62,747 nucleotides of DNA from a bacterium (GCA_021789915.1 JAJYIV010000003.1:1-62747); one strand, 5' to 3'; shown: positions 16,401 through 26,977, numbered from the stretch's first letter. Notes: generated by a model from the sequence alone, not told the origin. Numbers and translations: made by a program.

Positions 16401-18212
16401 TTACTTGAGCTTCCATCTCGTCTTCACGTACCAATCCGCCACGTCCGAGAAACGGTCGGAAGGGACCCGGATGCGCTCAAGCGACGCGCCTTTCACGTCT
16501 GCCCCGAGACCGTACGCATAGGTCGGGCGGTAGAGGAACACGGCCGGGACGTCATTCATGACCTGCGTATCGAACGCCTCGTAGTCCTGCGCCCGGGCGG
16601 CCGGATCCGATTCCCCGCGCGCTTTTACCAGCAAATCGTCCGCGCCTTTCACGGCGTAGTCCGCGAGGTTCAATCCCTTCATCGTCGCCTGGGACGAATG
16701 CCAGAACGGATACGGATCCGGATTGTCGCTGTAAAAAAGGCTGACGAGGAGAAGATCGAAGCTGCGCGTCTCAAGCGTGGTCTTCGCCAAGTCCTGCGCA
16801 TCCACGGCCGAGATCTGCACCTTTATGCCGATGGCGGAGAGCTCAGTCGCGATGGTCTGGGCGGCTTGCAGGAATTCGGGCGTCTGGACCGTGGTCAGGG
16901 TAAAGGAAAGCGCGCGGTCTGTCGAGGGTTTCGCGCCTTTCTTTGATCCCGGGGCAGGTTTTTGCAGGCGGACGTCGCTGCCGTCCGGTTTTGCATAACC
17001 GGCATCATCCAGCAGTTTGTTTGCGGCGATCGGATCGGGGGCGGGAATCGCCGGGGGCGCGAGACCGTCGAGCGCCTCATCCAGCACGGGTCCGACAATG
17101 GGTTCCGCCTGCCCTCCGACGGCATTCTGCATAATCGCCCGGCGGTCGAGCGCGAGAGCGATCGCCTGGCGCACGGCCTTGTCCTTGAAAGCCGTCTGCC
17201 GGTCCTGATTGAAGAACAGAATCGTCTGCTGCGGGATTTCCGGGCGCAGCAACTGCAGGGCCTTCGTCTTTTGCGCCTCCGCCTCAAGTTCCGGCGGAAC
17301 ATAGGCGACCCCTTCCGCGCTTCTGGTCTCAACGGCTTTCAAAGCGCTTTGCGCATCGTCGTAGAACTTGAACGTCAGCGTGTCGATGAGCGGCTTGGCC
17401 CCGTAGTAGCCGGCATTGCGCTCAAGCGTGTAGGAGCGGATATTCCCGTTCCTGTCCTTTTCAAATTCCTTGAACCGATACGGGCCGCTGCCGATCGGCT
17501 TCAGGTTATAGGCCGCGAGCGGCGTGTTCCGCGGAGCCACGTCGCTCCAAAGGTTGGAAGGAAGGATGCCGACGGTCAGAAAAGAAGGAAAGAAAGCATC
17601 CGGATCTTTCAGGCTGAACACGACGGTACGATCGTCCGTCTGCGAAATGTCCACGCCTTGGTACGTCCCCGCCAGGGGGCTTCGGTAGAGAGGATCCTGC
17701 AGGGCGCTGTACGTGAAGACGACGTCCTTGGCCTGCACCGGATCGCCGTTTTGGAATCGAGCGTCCGCCCGCATGGTGATCGTGTATGTCTTTCCGTCGG
17801 CGGACACATGGACATCCGACGCCAGGTCGTCGACAAGCGTTCCGTCCGCTTGGCGCCGCATCAGCCCCGAATACACCAAGCGCGCGATGTCCGCGTCCGG
17901 GTCATTGGAGGATGCATAAAGCGGGTTGACGAACTGCGGTTCGCCTACCAAGGCTTCCGTGTAGGAACCGCCGACGGCCGGAACATCCGCATGGTGCGCG
18001 AAAAAATACCAACCGCCCAGAAAAAGGACGGCGAGCACGACGGCCGTCCAGGCGCCGGCAAGCACGGATTTTTCGCGCCGCGTCAGAACGAGCCCCGCAT
18101 GCGCCCACTGCCGCATGGTCGGGAACCGCTTCGTCTTGGAAACCGCAGCAACCTGGCGCAGGGCCAGGTCGCGATCCGTCTGCTGCAATGGCGGTCGTTT
18201 TCGGAACAGCAT
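16401..18212 (-). CDS. ABC transporter substrate-binding protein, family 5 (peptide/nickel type), with an N-terminal membrane anchor
   Basis: 603 aa with one N-terminal TM segment and SBP_bac_5-like composition (e.g. GSGPYRFKEF..., FLYRPTYAYG). Confidence 0.8.
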   Translation of the reverse strand: MLFRKRPPLQQTDRDLALRQVAAVSKTKRFPTMRQWAHAGLVLTRREKSVLAGAWTAVVLAVLFLGGWYFFAHHADVPAVGGSYTEALVGEPQFVNPLYASSNDPDADIARLVYSGLMRRQADGTLVDDLASDVHVSADGKTYTITMRADARFQNGDPVQAKDVVFTYSALQDPLYRSPLAGTYQGVDISQTDDRTVVFSLKDPDAFFPSFLTVGILPSNLWSDVAPRNTPLAAYNLKPIGSGPYRFKEFEKDRNGNIRSYTLERNAGYYGAKPLIDTLTFKFYDDAQSALKAVETRSAEGVAYVPPELEAEAQKTKALQLLRPEIPQQTILFFNQDRQTAFKDKAVRQAIALALDRRAIMQNAVGGQAEPIVGPVLDEALDGLAPPAIPAPDPIAANKLLDDAGYAKPDGSDVRLQKPAPGSKKGAKPSTDRALSFTLTTVQTPEFLQAAQTIATELSAIGIKVQISAVDAQDLAKTTLETRSFDLLLVSLFYSDNPDPYPFWHSSQATMKGLNLADYAVKGADDLLVKARGESDPAARAQDYEAFDTQVMNDVPAVFLYRPTYAYGLGADVKGASLERIRVPSDRFSDVADWYVKTRWKLK

Positions 18213-18235
18213 GGATGGGAACGACAGGACGCAGA

Positions 18236-18390
18236 GCGTAGAAGGCGTAGAAAACGTGGAATCGCTCGCCAGGATCGGGGGTCCGGCTCGCTCGTAGAAA
18301 CGCTTCGTTTCTGGAATGCGACGTTTCTACGCCTTCTACAAGGCCGGTTCCGCCGGACGATTCTACGTCTTCTACGTCAATGCGTTCGTC
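18236..18390. repeat. array of direct and inverted GTAGAA(A)ACG / CGTTTCTAC motifs with 9-nt periodicity
   Basis: gtagaaggcgtagaaaacg (~18239-18257) is the inverted partner of cgtttctacgccttctac (~18323-18340). An inner hairpin agaaacg/cgtttct lies at ~18295-18311, with further ttctacg units at ~18362-18390. Confidence 0.65.
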
Positions 18391-18391
18391 T

Positions 18392-18634
18392 CTACACGAG
18401 GGCATGGGCGAGTGCCAGGCCGAAGAACAGGATGGCCAGCACGATGGTCGCCTGAAAGAGGCGCTTCTCAACGCCTCGCTTGGTGCGATAGACGTTGCCC
18501 TCGCCACCAAAGGCCATGCCAAGGCCCGTGCCGCGATCCTGCAGGAGGATGCTGGCGACCAAGAGGGCGGCGACGACAAGCTGGGCGATCGAAAGGATAA
18601 GGGAGAGGGACATAAGGTCAAAGGTGGAAAACAT
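18392..18634 (-). CDS. secG: preprotein translocase subunit SecG
   Basis: Two TM helices and LLQDRGTGLGMAFGG. The start is trimmed to MFSTFDL (the track ORF extends to 18667 with a TTG). Confidence 0.8.
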   Translation of the reverse strand: MFSTFDLMSLSLILSIAQLVVAALLVASILLQDRGTGLGMAFGGEGNVYRTKRGVEKRLFQATIVLAILFFGLALAHALV

Positions 18635-18874
18635 GCGAAGACTAGCAAACGGGGCTGTTTGCGTCAACGCCTTTTTCGCGGAGAGGCGAACCGCTTCATG
18701 CCGCGGCCGCTGACCCGCATGGCGGGGCGGCGCTTGCGTTCGCGGCGCCCGGCGCGTTCCCCCGCCTCGCGTTCCAGCTGTTCCGTACGTTCAGCGTCCA
18801 TGCCGTTTCATGATATACTCAAAGCATTCTCTCCGCTACGTTCGCGCGGGATCCCGCGGAAGTGCGCGTCGCAT

Positions 18875-19618
18875 ATGCCCGACAAGCCCTCTTCGTTCAG
18901 TTCGCGTGCGGCGGCCGTCCTTACCGTGGGCGTTTTGGCGCTGCTGGTCTTTTTCACCTGGCGCGTCGTGTACTACATGAACCAAATCCGTACGGGAACG
19001 GTCGATCTCTCGACGTTCAAAAGTTCGAGCTTCACCCCGCTGGCGCACAAGCCGACTCTGCCGCCCGCTTCCGCCAGTCTTCCCCTGGAGCGCGCGGACG
19101 CGCCTTCGCTCGGTTCGCCGGGCGCCGCTTTGCATATTGTCGAGTTCGCGGATTTCGGCTGCCCGTTTTCCAAACAGGCCAGCTCGGTCGTCCGCGCCCT
19201 GGCGGCGAAATACCCCACCCGCTTGTATCTGACCTTCCGCCATTTTCCCATCACGGAGCTGCACCCGGCGGCCGAACGCGCCGCTGAGGCGGCGGAATGC
19301 GCCCGCGAACAGGGGAAGTTTTGGGAGTATCACGACAAGCTGTTCATCAACCAGGCGGACCAATCCGATGCGGCCTTGCTCCAGGACGCCCAGGAGGTCG
19401 GCTTGGACGCGTCCGCCTTTCAATCCTGTCTGGATTCCGGCCAAGAAGCGGCGCGCGTGAAAGAGGACATGGACGCCGGCCTGGCGGCGGGCGTTTCCGG
19501 GACGCCGACGTTCTTCTTTAACGGCGTGGCCGTGCCCGGCGCCATTCCTCTGGACGTCTTCGAACAGATCATCCTCCAGGCGACGCCGCCTGCGGCGAAC
19601 GGATCCGCCGCTCCCTAG
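18875..19618 (+). CDS. membrane-anchored DsbA-family thioredoxin-fold protein with a CxxS active site
   Basis: N-terminal TM segment and a DsbA-like domain (IVEFADFGCPFSKQ, GVSGTPTFFFNG). The motif reads CPFS rather than CxxC. The start is trimmed from the track ORF at 18380. Confidence 0.8.
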   Translation: MPDKPSSFSSRAAAVLTVGVLALLVFFTWRVVYYMNQIRTGTVDLSTFKSSSFTPLAHKPTLPPASASLPLERADAPSLGSPGAALHIVEFADFGCPFSKQASSVVRALAAKYPTRLYLTFRHFPITELHPAAERAAEAAECAREQGKFWEYHDKLFINQADQSDAALLQDAQEVGLDASAFQSCLDSGQEAARVKEDMDAGLAAGVSGTPTFFFNGVAVPGAIPLDVFEQIILQATPPAANGSAAP

Positions 19619-19625
19619 TCTGCGT

Positions 19626-21074
19626 ATGCGCTTCGCCTGGCCCATCCTCGCCTTGTCCCTCCTGTTGCCGGCTGGCACGGTTTTTGCGCAGGCTCCTTCG
19701 TCCTGCACGTGCTATTGCTCTGCACCGGGCGGCGCAAAGGCCGCCGGCACCCCCGTGTCGGACGTGAGCGAATGCGACGCCGCCTGCGGGCAGATATCCT
19801 CGCAGCTGTCCTATGACAGCAAAGTCGTCGCATGCACCGCCGGCCAGCCATTCGACATCAAGGATTTCCCAACGTGCTTCAAGGATGAAAACGATTGCGC
19901 GTTCAATTGTTCCTCCGGGCCGAAGGTGGCGAACCAGCCGCAGGAAGAGAGCGTGTTCGACTCCTCGCAGCCGCCGGTTTGTCCCGTCGGGTACCATTAT
20001 TGCTACTGCGTGGGCAAGAATTACCCGCTGGAAATTCCCATCGGCGCAAACACCACCGTCAAGGACGTCGGCGACTACGTGCAGACGATCTACCATTACC
20101 TCCTCGGAATCTCCATCATCGTGGCCGTCGTCATGGTGATGATCGGCGGGCTGCAGTACTTGCTGACCGCGAGCGGCTCCGGCGGCGTGTCGGAAGCCAA
20201 GACCAAGATCACGAACGCCGTCGTCGGGCTCGTCCTGCTCTTCGGCGCCGCCGTCATCCTGCAGACGGTCAATCCGCAGCTGCTCAATCTGGAAATCCCG
20301 CGCCTGCCGGTACAGAGGAAGATCGTCCCTGTAAAGGAGATCATCGGAAATTGTGAGGATTATACGGATCAGGCAAGCTGCGAGGCGGACGCTCAACACG
20401 TGGGGAAGAACGGATGTCTTTGGTTCAATGCCACTGGCGTGAGCGCAGGAACGGTAGGTACGGTCGTCGGAGCCATATCACCTGTTCCAGGAGGATCAGC
20501 GATTGGAAATGCCGTCGGCAACGCTGTCGGGGGATATGTGGGAGGCGTAAGCCATTGCGAGCCGGCGGCCCCCACCGGGGGAAATGGCCAACTCTGCAAA
20601 GCAGATGGAACCTGCACTTCAGGTTTGAACTGCGTCCAAGCCCTTACTGCTCCTCCGCAGAGTCAACAGGGAAAAGTGTGCACCGACGGTCAGATCAATT
20701 CGCCGTGCGCATCCTACCGCGATTGCAAGAACGGAGGGAAATGCGCAAATAATTGGTGTGCGGCGAAAACAGGGAATCCACAAGGAGGGAACTGTTCACA
20801 AGATACTGATTGTGCAACACCGTTGGTCTGTAAATATCACTCCTGTGCCTCGGCTGCTCCGATGGGGAATGGCGGACATTGCGTGACAAAATCCGATTGC
20901 ACGGACTCGCCAAAATTCGGCTGCTTAAAACCTTCCGACGGTGACTGTTCTAGAGGTGCATGCCAATGCAGTGATGGGGGTCCCGGGGCGCCCTGCTACA
21001 CCGATGGCCAATGCAATTCCAGCGCCTGTGCAGGTGCCGGCCCGAACGGTTCATCCCTCGGCCGTTGCCATTAG
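19626..21074 (+). CDS. secreted Cys-rich protein with a central T4SS-pilin (TrbC/VirB2-like) two-TM domain
   Basis: Signal peptide [23 protein letters not shown]. The pilin-like core is [62 protein letters not shown]. Cys-rich modules flank it on both sides. Confidence 0.75.
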   Translation: MRFAWPILALSLLLPAGTVFAQAPSSCTCYCSAPGGAKAAGTPVSDVSECDAACGQISSQLSYDSKVVACTAGQPFDIKDFPTCFKDENDCAFNCSSGPKVANQPQEESVFDSSQPPVCPVGYHYCYCVGKNYPLEIPIGANTTVKDVGDYVQTIYHYLLGISIIVAVVMVMIGGLQYLLTASGSGGVSEAKTKITNAVVGLVLLFGAAVILQTVNPQLLNLEIPRLPVQRKIVPVKEIIGNCEDYTDQASCEADAQHVGKNGCLWFNATGVSAGTVGTVVGAISPVPGGSAIGNAVGNAVGGYVGGVSHCEPAAPTGGNGQLCKADGTCTSGLNCVQALTAPPQSQQGKVCTDGQINSPCASYRDCKNGGKCANNWCAAKTGNPQGGNCSQDTDCATPLVCKYHSCASAAPMGNGGHCVTKSDCTDSPKFGCLKPSDGDCSRGACQCSDGGPGAPCYTDGQCNSSACAGAGPNGSSLGRCH

Positions 21075-21110
21075 CCTGCGCCCCTTGCCCGTCTTCAAGA
21101 GAGGTGTTAG

Positions 21111-21138
21111 ACTCCCACGCGACTTTATCCGTGGGAGT
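21111..21138 (+). promoter_or_regulatory. 5'-UTR hairpin that could sequester the uvrA Shine-Dalgarno sequence
   Basis: actcccacg-(10 nt)-cgtgggagt gives a perfect 9-bp stem. The 3' arm contains GGGAG ~9 nt upstream of the ATG at 21145. Confidence 0.35.
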
Positions 21139-21144
21139 TTCCTT

Positions 21145-24027
21145 ATGTCGCAAGAGTTCATCTCCGTGCGCGGCGCGCGGGTGCACAATCTCAAGAACGT
21201 TTCCGTCGACATCCCGAAGAACAAGCTGGTGGTCATCACCGGACTGTCCGGCTCGGGCAAATCATCGCTTGCCTTCGACACGATCTTCGCGGAAGGGCAG
21301 CGCCGGTACATGGAGTCGCTGTCGTCCTATGCGCGGCAATTCCTGGAGCTTCAGGACAAGCCGGACGTGGACGAGATCCTCGGCCTGTCTCCGACGATCG
21401 CGATCGACCAGAAGTCCTCGTCGCACAATCCGCGCTCGACGGTCGGCACGGTGACCGAGATTTACGATTTCCTGCGCGTGCTCTTCGCGCGCGCCGGAAC
21501 GCCGCATTGTCCCAAATGCGGCGTGGAGGTGCACGAGCAGACGCCGGACCAGCTCGTGGCCCGCGTCGCGGCCGAAGCCGGCAAAGGAGCCGTCCTGCTC
21601 CTGGCGCCGGTCGTGCGCGAGCAGAAGGGCGAACATCGACAGGTATTCGCCGCCGCCACCGCGGCCGGTTTCTCGCGCGTGCGCTTCGACGGATTCCCGA
21701 TGGACGTCGAGGAGGCCGCGGCCATGCGCAAGGACAAAAAGAAGCCGCATTCCGTCGACGTGGTCGTCGCGGAGCTGGACGCCTCCATGAACATGCCGAA
21801 AGCCCAGCTGACGGAGCTGGTGAAGAAGGCGCTGGAGTACGGCAACGGGCTTATCATCGTCCTGAACGACGATACGGGCGACGAGCTCCTGCTGTCGCAG
21901 AGCTTCAGCTGCCCCAAGTGCGGCTTGAACCTGCCCAAGCCCGAGCCGCGCCTGTTCTCGTTCAACTCCCCGCACGGCGCGTGCCCCGAATGCACCGGCC
22001 TCGGCCTCAAGCTCGTGCTGGAGCCGGAATTGGTGATCCCGAACCCGAAGCTCACGTTCGCGGAAGGCGCCGTACGCCCGTGGACGCGCATCGCCGGCAA
22101 TCAGACGAGCTACCTGCGCCTCTTGGAGACCATGGGCAGGAAGCACAAGATCTCCGTGCACGTGCCCGTGGCGTCCCTTTCGAAGGACAAGCTGCAACTC
22201 GTGCTCTACGGCACGGGCAATGAGACATACGCGTTCGACGGCCAGGAAGTGACGTACCCGGGCGTCCTAGCGCAGCTGGAACAGAAGTACAAGGAAACGG
22301 ATTCGGACTACGTGCGGCATGAGTTGGAGACGTACATGCGCACGATGGTGTGTCCGGCCTGCCAAGGGAAACGCCTGCGCCCCGAGGTCCTGGCCGTCAT
22401 GATCGACGGCCGCTCGATTTCCGACGTGACGGGCCAGTCGATCGAGGACGTGCACGCGTTTTTCCGCCCCTACGCCTCCGGCGGGAAGATGAAAAAGGCG
22501 AAACCGCCGACGCGCGCGGCCAAGGCTTTGAAAAAGGCGGAATCCGCGCCGTCCGCCGAAGCGCTCGTGACGGAACGCGTCGCGAAGGAGATCGTCGCGC
22601 GCCTCGCGCATTTGCTGGACGTGGGGCTCGGCTACCTGACGCTCGACCGCAGCGCGATGACGCTTTCGGGCGGGGAGGCGCAGCGCGTGCGCCTGGCCAC
22701 CCAGCTCGGGTCGGCCCTTTCGGGCGTCATCTACATCCTCGACGAACCGTCCATCGGGCTGCATGCGCGCGACAACGCCCAGCTCATCGCGACCATCAAG
22801 CAGCTGCAGGCGCTCGGCAATTCCGTCATCGTCGTGGAGCACGACGAGGCGATGATCCGCGCCGCGGACTACGTCTTCGACGTCGGACCCGGGGCGGGCG
22901 AGTACGGCGGGGAGATCGTCTCGGAAGGCACGCCTGCCGAAATGAAAAAAGACCCGGAATCGCTGACCGGCCAGTACCTCTCGGGCAAGAAATCCATCGC
23001 GCCGCCCAAAAAATACCGCCGAGGCAACGGCAAGAGAATCACCGTGCAGGGAGCCACCGCCTTCAACTTGAAAAATGTCACGGTGGACATCCCGCTCGGC
23101 AGGCTCGTGGCGGTTACGGGCGTGTCCGGCTCCGGCAAATCCACGCTGATCCTCGACATCCTCGGCAAGGCGTTGTCCAAACACTTCTACCGCACGAAGG
23201 AGTATCCGGGCGACCACAAGGCCATCAAGGGGCTGGAGCACATCGACAAGGTCGTGGCCGTGGACCAGTCGCCGATCGGCCGCACGCCGCGCTCCAATCC
23301 GGCGACGTACACCGGCGTGTTCACGGCCGTGCGCGACTTGTTCACGCAGGTGCCGGAGGCGAAGCTCAAGAATTTCGACGCGGGAAAGTTCAGCTTCAAC
23401 GTGAAGGGAGGGGGCCGCTGCGAGGCGTGCGCCGGCGAAGGCATGCGGCGTATCGAGATGCAATTCATGCCGGACGTGTACGTCGAGTGTCCGGAATGCC
23501 GCGGCACGCGCTACAACCAGGACGTGCTGGAAGTGCATTACAAGGGCAAGAACATTGCGGACGTGCTCAATATGACGGTGGAAGAGGCCCGCCGCTTCTT
23601 CGCGGACCAGTCGTCCGTGTTCGAGAAACTTCACGTCCTGCACGAAGTCGGATTGGGGTATCTGCGCCTCGGCCAAAGCGCCACGACCCTTTCGGGCGGG
23701 GAGGCGCAGCGCGTCAAGCTCGCTACCGAGCTCTCACGCCGCGCCACGGGGCGGACGCTCTACATCCTCGACGAGCCGACCACGGGGCTGCACTTCGACG
23801 ATATCAAGCGACTGCTCGGCGTCCTGCAGCAGCTGGTGGACAAGGGCAACACGGTGGTGACGATCGAGCACAACCTGGACGTCATCAAATGCGCTGATTG
23901 GGTCATCGACATGGGTCCGGACGGCGGGGATAAGGGCGGGACCGTCGTGGCGGAGGGCACGCCGAAGGAAGTGGCGGCCGTGAATGCGAGCGCCACGGGC
24001 GCTTATCTGAAACCCATGCTCAAATAA
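21145..24027 (+). CDS. uvrA: excinuclease ABC subunit A
   Basis: [30 protein letters not shown], two ABC modules and zinc-finger CxxC pairs. The start is trimmed from the track ORF at 20941. Confidence 0.95.
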   Translation: MSQEFISVRGARVHNLKNVSVDIPKNKLVVITGLSGSGKSSLAFDTIFAEGQRRYMESLSSYARQFLELQDKPDVDEILGLSPTIAIDQKSSSHNPRSTVGTVTEIYDFLRVLFARAGTPHCPKCGVEVHEQTPDQLVARVAAEAGKGAVLLLAPVVREQKGEHRQVFAAATAAGFSRVRFDGFPMDVEEAAAMRKDKKKPHSVDVVVAELDASMNMPKAQLTELVKKALEYGNGLIIVLNDDTGDELLLSQSFSCPKCGLNLPKPEPRLFSFNSPHGACPECTGLGLKLVLEPELVIPNPKLTFAEGAVRPWTRIAGNQTSYLRLLETMGRKHKISVHVPVASLSKDKLQLVLYGTGNETYAFDGQEVTYPGVLAQLEQKYKETDSDYVRHELETYMRTMVCPACQGKRLRPEVLAVMIDGRSISDVTGQSIEDVHAFFRPYASGGKMKKAKPPTRAAKALKKAESAPSAEALVTERVAKEIVARLAHLLDVGLGYLTLDRSAMTLSGGEAQRVRLATQLGSALSGVIYILDEPSIGLHARDNAQLIATIKQLQALGNSVIVVEHDEAMIRAADYVFDVGPGAGEYGGEIVSEGTPAEMKKDPESLTGQYLSGKKSIAPPKKYRRGNGKRITVQGATAFNLKNVTVDIPLGRLVAVTGVSGSGKSTLILDILGKALSKHFYRTKEYPGDHKAIKGLEHIDKVVAVDQSPIGRTPRSNPATYTGVFTAVRDLFTQVPEAKLKNFDAGKFSFNVKGGGRCEACAGEGMRRIEMQFMPDVYVECPECRGTRYNQDVLEVHYKGKNIADVLNMTVEEARRFFADQSSVFEKLHVLHEVGLGYLRLGQSATTLSGGEAQRVKLATELSRRATGRTLYILDEPTTGLHFDDIKRLLGVLQQLVDKGNTVVTIEHNLDVIKCADWVIDMGPDGGDKGGTVVAEGTPKEVAAVNASATGAYLKPMLK

Positions 24028-24037
24028 TACGGCCACG

Positions 24038-24066
24038 GAAAAACAGGGGTTCTTCCCTGTTTTTTC
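24038..24066 (+). terminator. intrinsic terminator after uvrA
   Basis: gaaaaacagggg-ttctt-ccctgttttttc. Confidence 0.7.
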
Positions 24067-24097
24067 GTCTGTAAATGAAAAAAGGGCTTTTCAAGCG

Positions 24098-24126
24098 TTG
24101 ACGGAGGGTTACGAGTATGCTATCAT
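24098..24126 (+). promoter_or_regulatory. sigma70-type promoter for the 24174 gene
   Basis: TTGACG, a 17-nt spacer, then TATCAT. Confidence 0.55.
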
Positions 24127-24173
24127 CCATCCTTCAGTTTTTGCGCTGGAGACACATTAAAACCTTCTTCCCT

Positions 24174-25859
24174 ATGACCAAGAAGATTCTCTTGGCGGCC
24201 GCCGGCCTGCTCGTGTCCGTCAACCCGCTTCTGCCGTCCGTCTCCGCGACCGGCAACGGGTGGGCGCCCGCTCCCGCCGCCGCCGCCTGGAGCTACAACG
24301 GCTATACCGTTCAGCAGATCGCCTCTTCTTCCCGCATCATCGGGCCCTTGGCCATCGGCGGCGCGGTTCTTACGGCCGAGGCTCCCGCCGCGTGCCTGGG
24401 TGACGCCTGCAACGCCTTGACGGTCTCCGTGTACAGGAACGGCGTTCGCACGCAGGCAACCGGCATCCCGTCTTCCGCGCTTTCCGCCGACCGTTACGCG
24501 AAGAACGGCAACCGCTTGATCTACGCCAAGCCGACGGCCGACGGCGTGTTTGCCGTCTACGAGCTGTCCCTCGACACCGGCATCGAGACCACGCTTTTCT
24601 CCGGCGTGTCCATTCCCGGCGGCAGCAACGTCGATGTCATGGCGGACCACGCGGGCACGTACTTCCTGACGGCGGACATCCGCTTCTCCAACGCCGACAC
24701 GGCGTTCACCCAGCGCGCCCTGTACGTGTGGGACCCCGCCGCGCGCGCCGCGCGCCCGGCCGTCGGACCCGCCAACGAGGAAGACCGTCGCTTCGAGCTT
24801 CTCGACGTCCGCAACGGCGTCGCGCTCGTCACCATGGGATTTCCCGACGGTTCCCGCCAGCTGTGGCTGGAAGATTCCAACAACATCGATTACGACGGCG
24901 GCAGGGCGACGGCCGTCCCGAAGACGTGGGTGGACGCCCATGGCACCATCCAGTACGGCCGCTTCCTGCCGGACGGCGGCATCGAGTTCTTCGAAAACTT
25001 CTCGCATGAAACATGGCATCCCGGCGACGCGGCTCCGACGGCCGGCGGCCAGCAGGTCACGTGGTATCATCCGGCGTCCGAGGCCGTGAAACTCGACGGC
25101 GCCTACCTGGCGTGGACCAATGCCGCGGATGAGCTGTACCTCAGCGACGGCACGACCGTGCGCGACGTGGGCGTCGCCCCGGGGAACACGTTCGCCCTTG
25201 AGGGCGGCACGCTGTATTTCCACGGCGCATCGTATGACATCGCCCATCAATCGACGTCCGACATGCCGTTTCCCGTAACGGACGTCCATGACATTTCCCT
25301 GGCCGGCGTCGACCAGGCGCACAACGTCTATCTGTCGTCCGGCTCCGTGAGCCTGAAGGTCGGCTACGGCACGTCGCCAGCCGTCTCCGATCCACAGCAC
25401 GTTTACTGGCGCGGCGCGGACGGCCACGTCTATGTCGCCGCCCTCTCGGCCAATCCCGCCTATAGCGCCCAGGCGCTGCACACGGCGGATGACCCGACGG
25501 TCTATCTCGTGACGGCGGACGGCATCCGCCACGCCATCCCGAACGAGCAGGTGTATTTCTCCTGGTTCCCGGACTGGTCAAGCGTGAAGGTCGTCTCCGC
25601 GGACACGCTGGCGAGCCATCCATTGGGCCGTCCCGCCACGTTCGCCGTCGGCGCCCTGCTCAAATTGTCCGGCGATACGCGTGTGTATGCGCTCGCCAAG
25701 GACGGGACGCTGCGCCACATCATGAACGCGGAGACGGGCTACGGCCTGTTCGGAGAAACATGGTATAGCCGCATCATCACCGTTTCCCCGGAGACCTTCA
25801 CGGCCTATCCGCTCGGCGCCCCGCTCATGTCGGCAGCCGACGGCGCGAACGCGTTCTGA
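24174..25859 (+). CDS. secreted hypothetical protein (beta-rich, propeller-like composition)
   Basis: Signal peptide MTKKILLAAAGLLVSV..., then a long ORF with coding-like codon bias. No family recognised. Confidence 0.6.
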   Translation: MTKKILLAAAGLLVSVNPLLPSVSATGNGWAPAPAAAAWSYNGYTVQQIASSSRIIGPLAIGGAVLTAEAPAACLGDACNALTVSVYRNGVRTQATGIPSSALSADRYAKNGNRLIYAKPTADGVFAVYELSLDTGIETTLFSGVSIPGGSNVDVMADHAGTYFLTADIRFSNADTAFTQRALYVWDPAARAARPAVGPANEEDRRFELLDVRNGVALVTMGFPDGSRQLWLEDSNNIDYDGGRATAVPKTWVDAHGTIQYGRFLPDGGIEFFENFSHETWHPGDAAPTAGGQQVTWYHPASEAVKLDGAYLAWTNAADELYLSDGTTVRDVGVAPGNTFALEGGTLYFHGASYDIAHQSTSDMPFPVTDVHDISLAGVDQAHNVYLSSGSVSLKVGYGTSPAVSDPQHVYWRGADGHVYVAALSANPAYSAQALHTADDPTVYLVTADGIRHAIPNEQVYFSWFPDWSSVKVVSADTLASHPLGRPATFAVGALLKLSGDTRVYALAKDGTLRHIMNAETGYGLFGETWYSRIITVSPETFTAYPLGAPLMSAADGANAF

Positions 25860-25924
25860 CAAACGGATCCTTCGTCCCGTGATCGGGACTCAGGATGCGC
25901 CTACGGTGCATCCGCACGCCGAAT

Positions 25925-25953
25925 AAAACTCCCCGACGATGGCGGGGAGTTTT
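25925..25953. terminator. bidirectional intrinsic terminator between the convergent 24174 gene and rplS
   Basis: aaaactccccg-acgatgg-cggggagtttt, with A- and T-runs on both sides. Confidence 0.7.
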
Positions 25954-25957
25954 GCGT

Positions 25958-26311
25958 TTAGGCCTTGGCGGCCGCTTTCTTTTCCTTGAGCTGGCGGCTG
26001 AAGGGCTTCTTCGGATTTGCCAGATAGGTGAGTTTCGCGCGACGCACCTTGGCGGCCTTCACGAACTCGACCTTGTTCACGATTGGCGACGACAGCGGGT
26101 ATATTTTCTCCACGCCGTAGCCGCCAGACATCTTGCGGACGGTGAACGTCTTTGAACGTCCCGCGCCGCGCACCCCGAGGACGAGGCCCTCGAAAACCTG
26201 CACGCGCTGGCGCTCCTCGCCTTTGTTGTTGACGTCCTTGATGAGCTCATGGACGCGCACGGTGTAGCCGGGCTTGAGGCCGGCCATGCCGACGAGCTTT
26301 TCATTTTCCAT
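25958..26311 (-). CDS. rplS: 50S ribosomal protein L19
   Basis: [12 protein letters not shown]...[16 protein letters not shown]...TFTVRK...[11 protein letters not shown]. Confidence 0.9.
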   Translation of the reverse strand: MENEKLVGMAGLKPGYTVRVHELIKDVNNKGEERQRVQVFEGLVLGVRGAGRSKTFTVRKMSGGYGVEKIYPLSSPIVNKVEFVKAAKVRRAKLTYLANPKKPFSRQLKEKKAAAKA

Positions 26312-26419
26312 ACGATGTTTCCCCAATCTCCCAGAGGACCGCATCGCCTTAAGCGGGCGAATCAGCGTTCATCGAAGCGGCGGAATGTGCGGGAAGGGTA
26401 ACGGACGGGCGGCCGTTCG

Positions 26420-26977
26420 TCAAGCGCCGGCCTTCCGGCGCACGGCCTCCAGGATGCGGGCTGCGGTTTCTTCCGGCGGCACGCGCGTCGTGTCGATGAC
26501 GAGGTCGTAATTGGCGTGGTCGTGGAAATCCACGCCGTAATACTTTTGATAGCGGCGGACGTCGGAAGCCACGCGCGCGGCCATGGTGTCCGCCGCTTCC
26601 TTGGCGGACCCGTAGACCGGCTCGTCCGTGCGGCGATGCGTCAGCTGGGCGCGGTAGATGCGCTCGCCGGCGACGGCCGGGTCGGCGTCGAGGAAGACCT
26701 TGAAGGACGAAGGGATGAAATGCCAGGAGAGCCGTCCCTCAACGATGCAGTCCTCGCCGCGTTCGCCGATCTTCGCCTGATAATCGTCTATGTCCCTGTC
26801 GGTGAACGCTTCTTTCTCGCCAAGCGCATTCAGCTGGTCGATCGTCAGACCGCGCTCCTGCGCCATCTTGCCGCGCAGGTCGCCGATCGAGTACCACGGC
26901 ACGCCGAGCGCCGCCGAAAGCGCTTTGGCTGCGGTCGTCTTGCCGGATCCCGGCACGCCGGTGAGGGTGATGATCAT
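26420..26977 (-). CDS. cytidylate-kinase-like P-loop NMP kinase
   Basis: MIITLTGVPGSGKTT Walker A. Layout resembles the archaeal-type Cmk/AAA family. Confidence 0.7.
   Translation of the reverse strand: MIITLTGVPGSGKTTAAKALSAALGVPWYSIGDLRGKMAQERGLTIDQLNALGEKEAFTDRDIDDYQAKIGERGEDCIVEGRLSWHFIPSSFKVFLDADPAVAGERIYRAQLTHRRTDEPVYGSAKEAADTMAARVASDVRRYQKYYGVDFHDHANYDLVIDTTRVPPEETAARILEAVRRKAGA

Noticed and set aside
18668-18803. ~45-codon minus-strand basic ORF (MDAERTEQLEREAGERAGRRERKRRPAMRVSGRGMKRFASPRKRR) upstream of secG, a possible small ribosomal-like protein.
   Set aside because: It matches none of the small ribosomal protein signatures I know (L34, L36, S21). It has no clear SD, and such Arg-rich frames arise readily in GC-rich DNA.
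20941-21144. N-terminal extensions of track ORFs: uvrA from 20941, argS to 33524, tyrS to 34830, DHH from 39840, trpS from 45968, the DsbA-like gene from 18380, and the GT from 51768.
   Set aside because: The extensions overlap neighbouring genes or repeats and lack homology. Internal ATG starts give the canonical N-termini.
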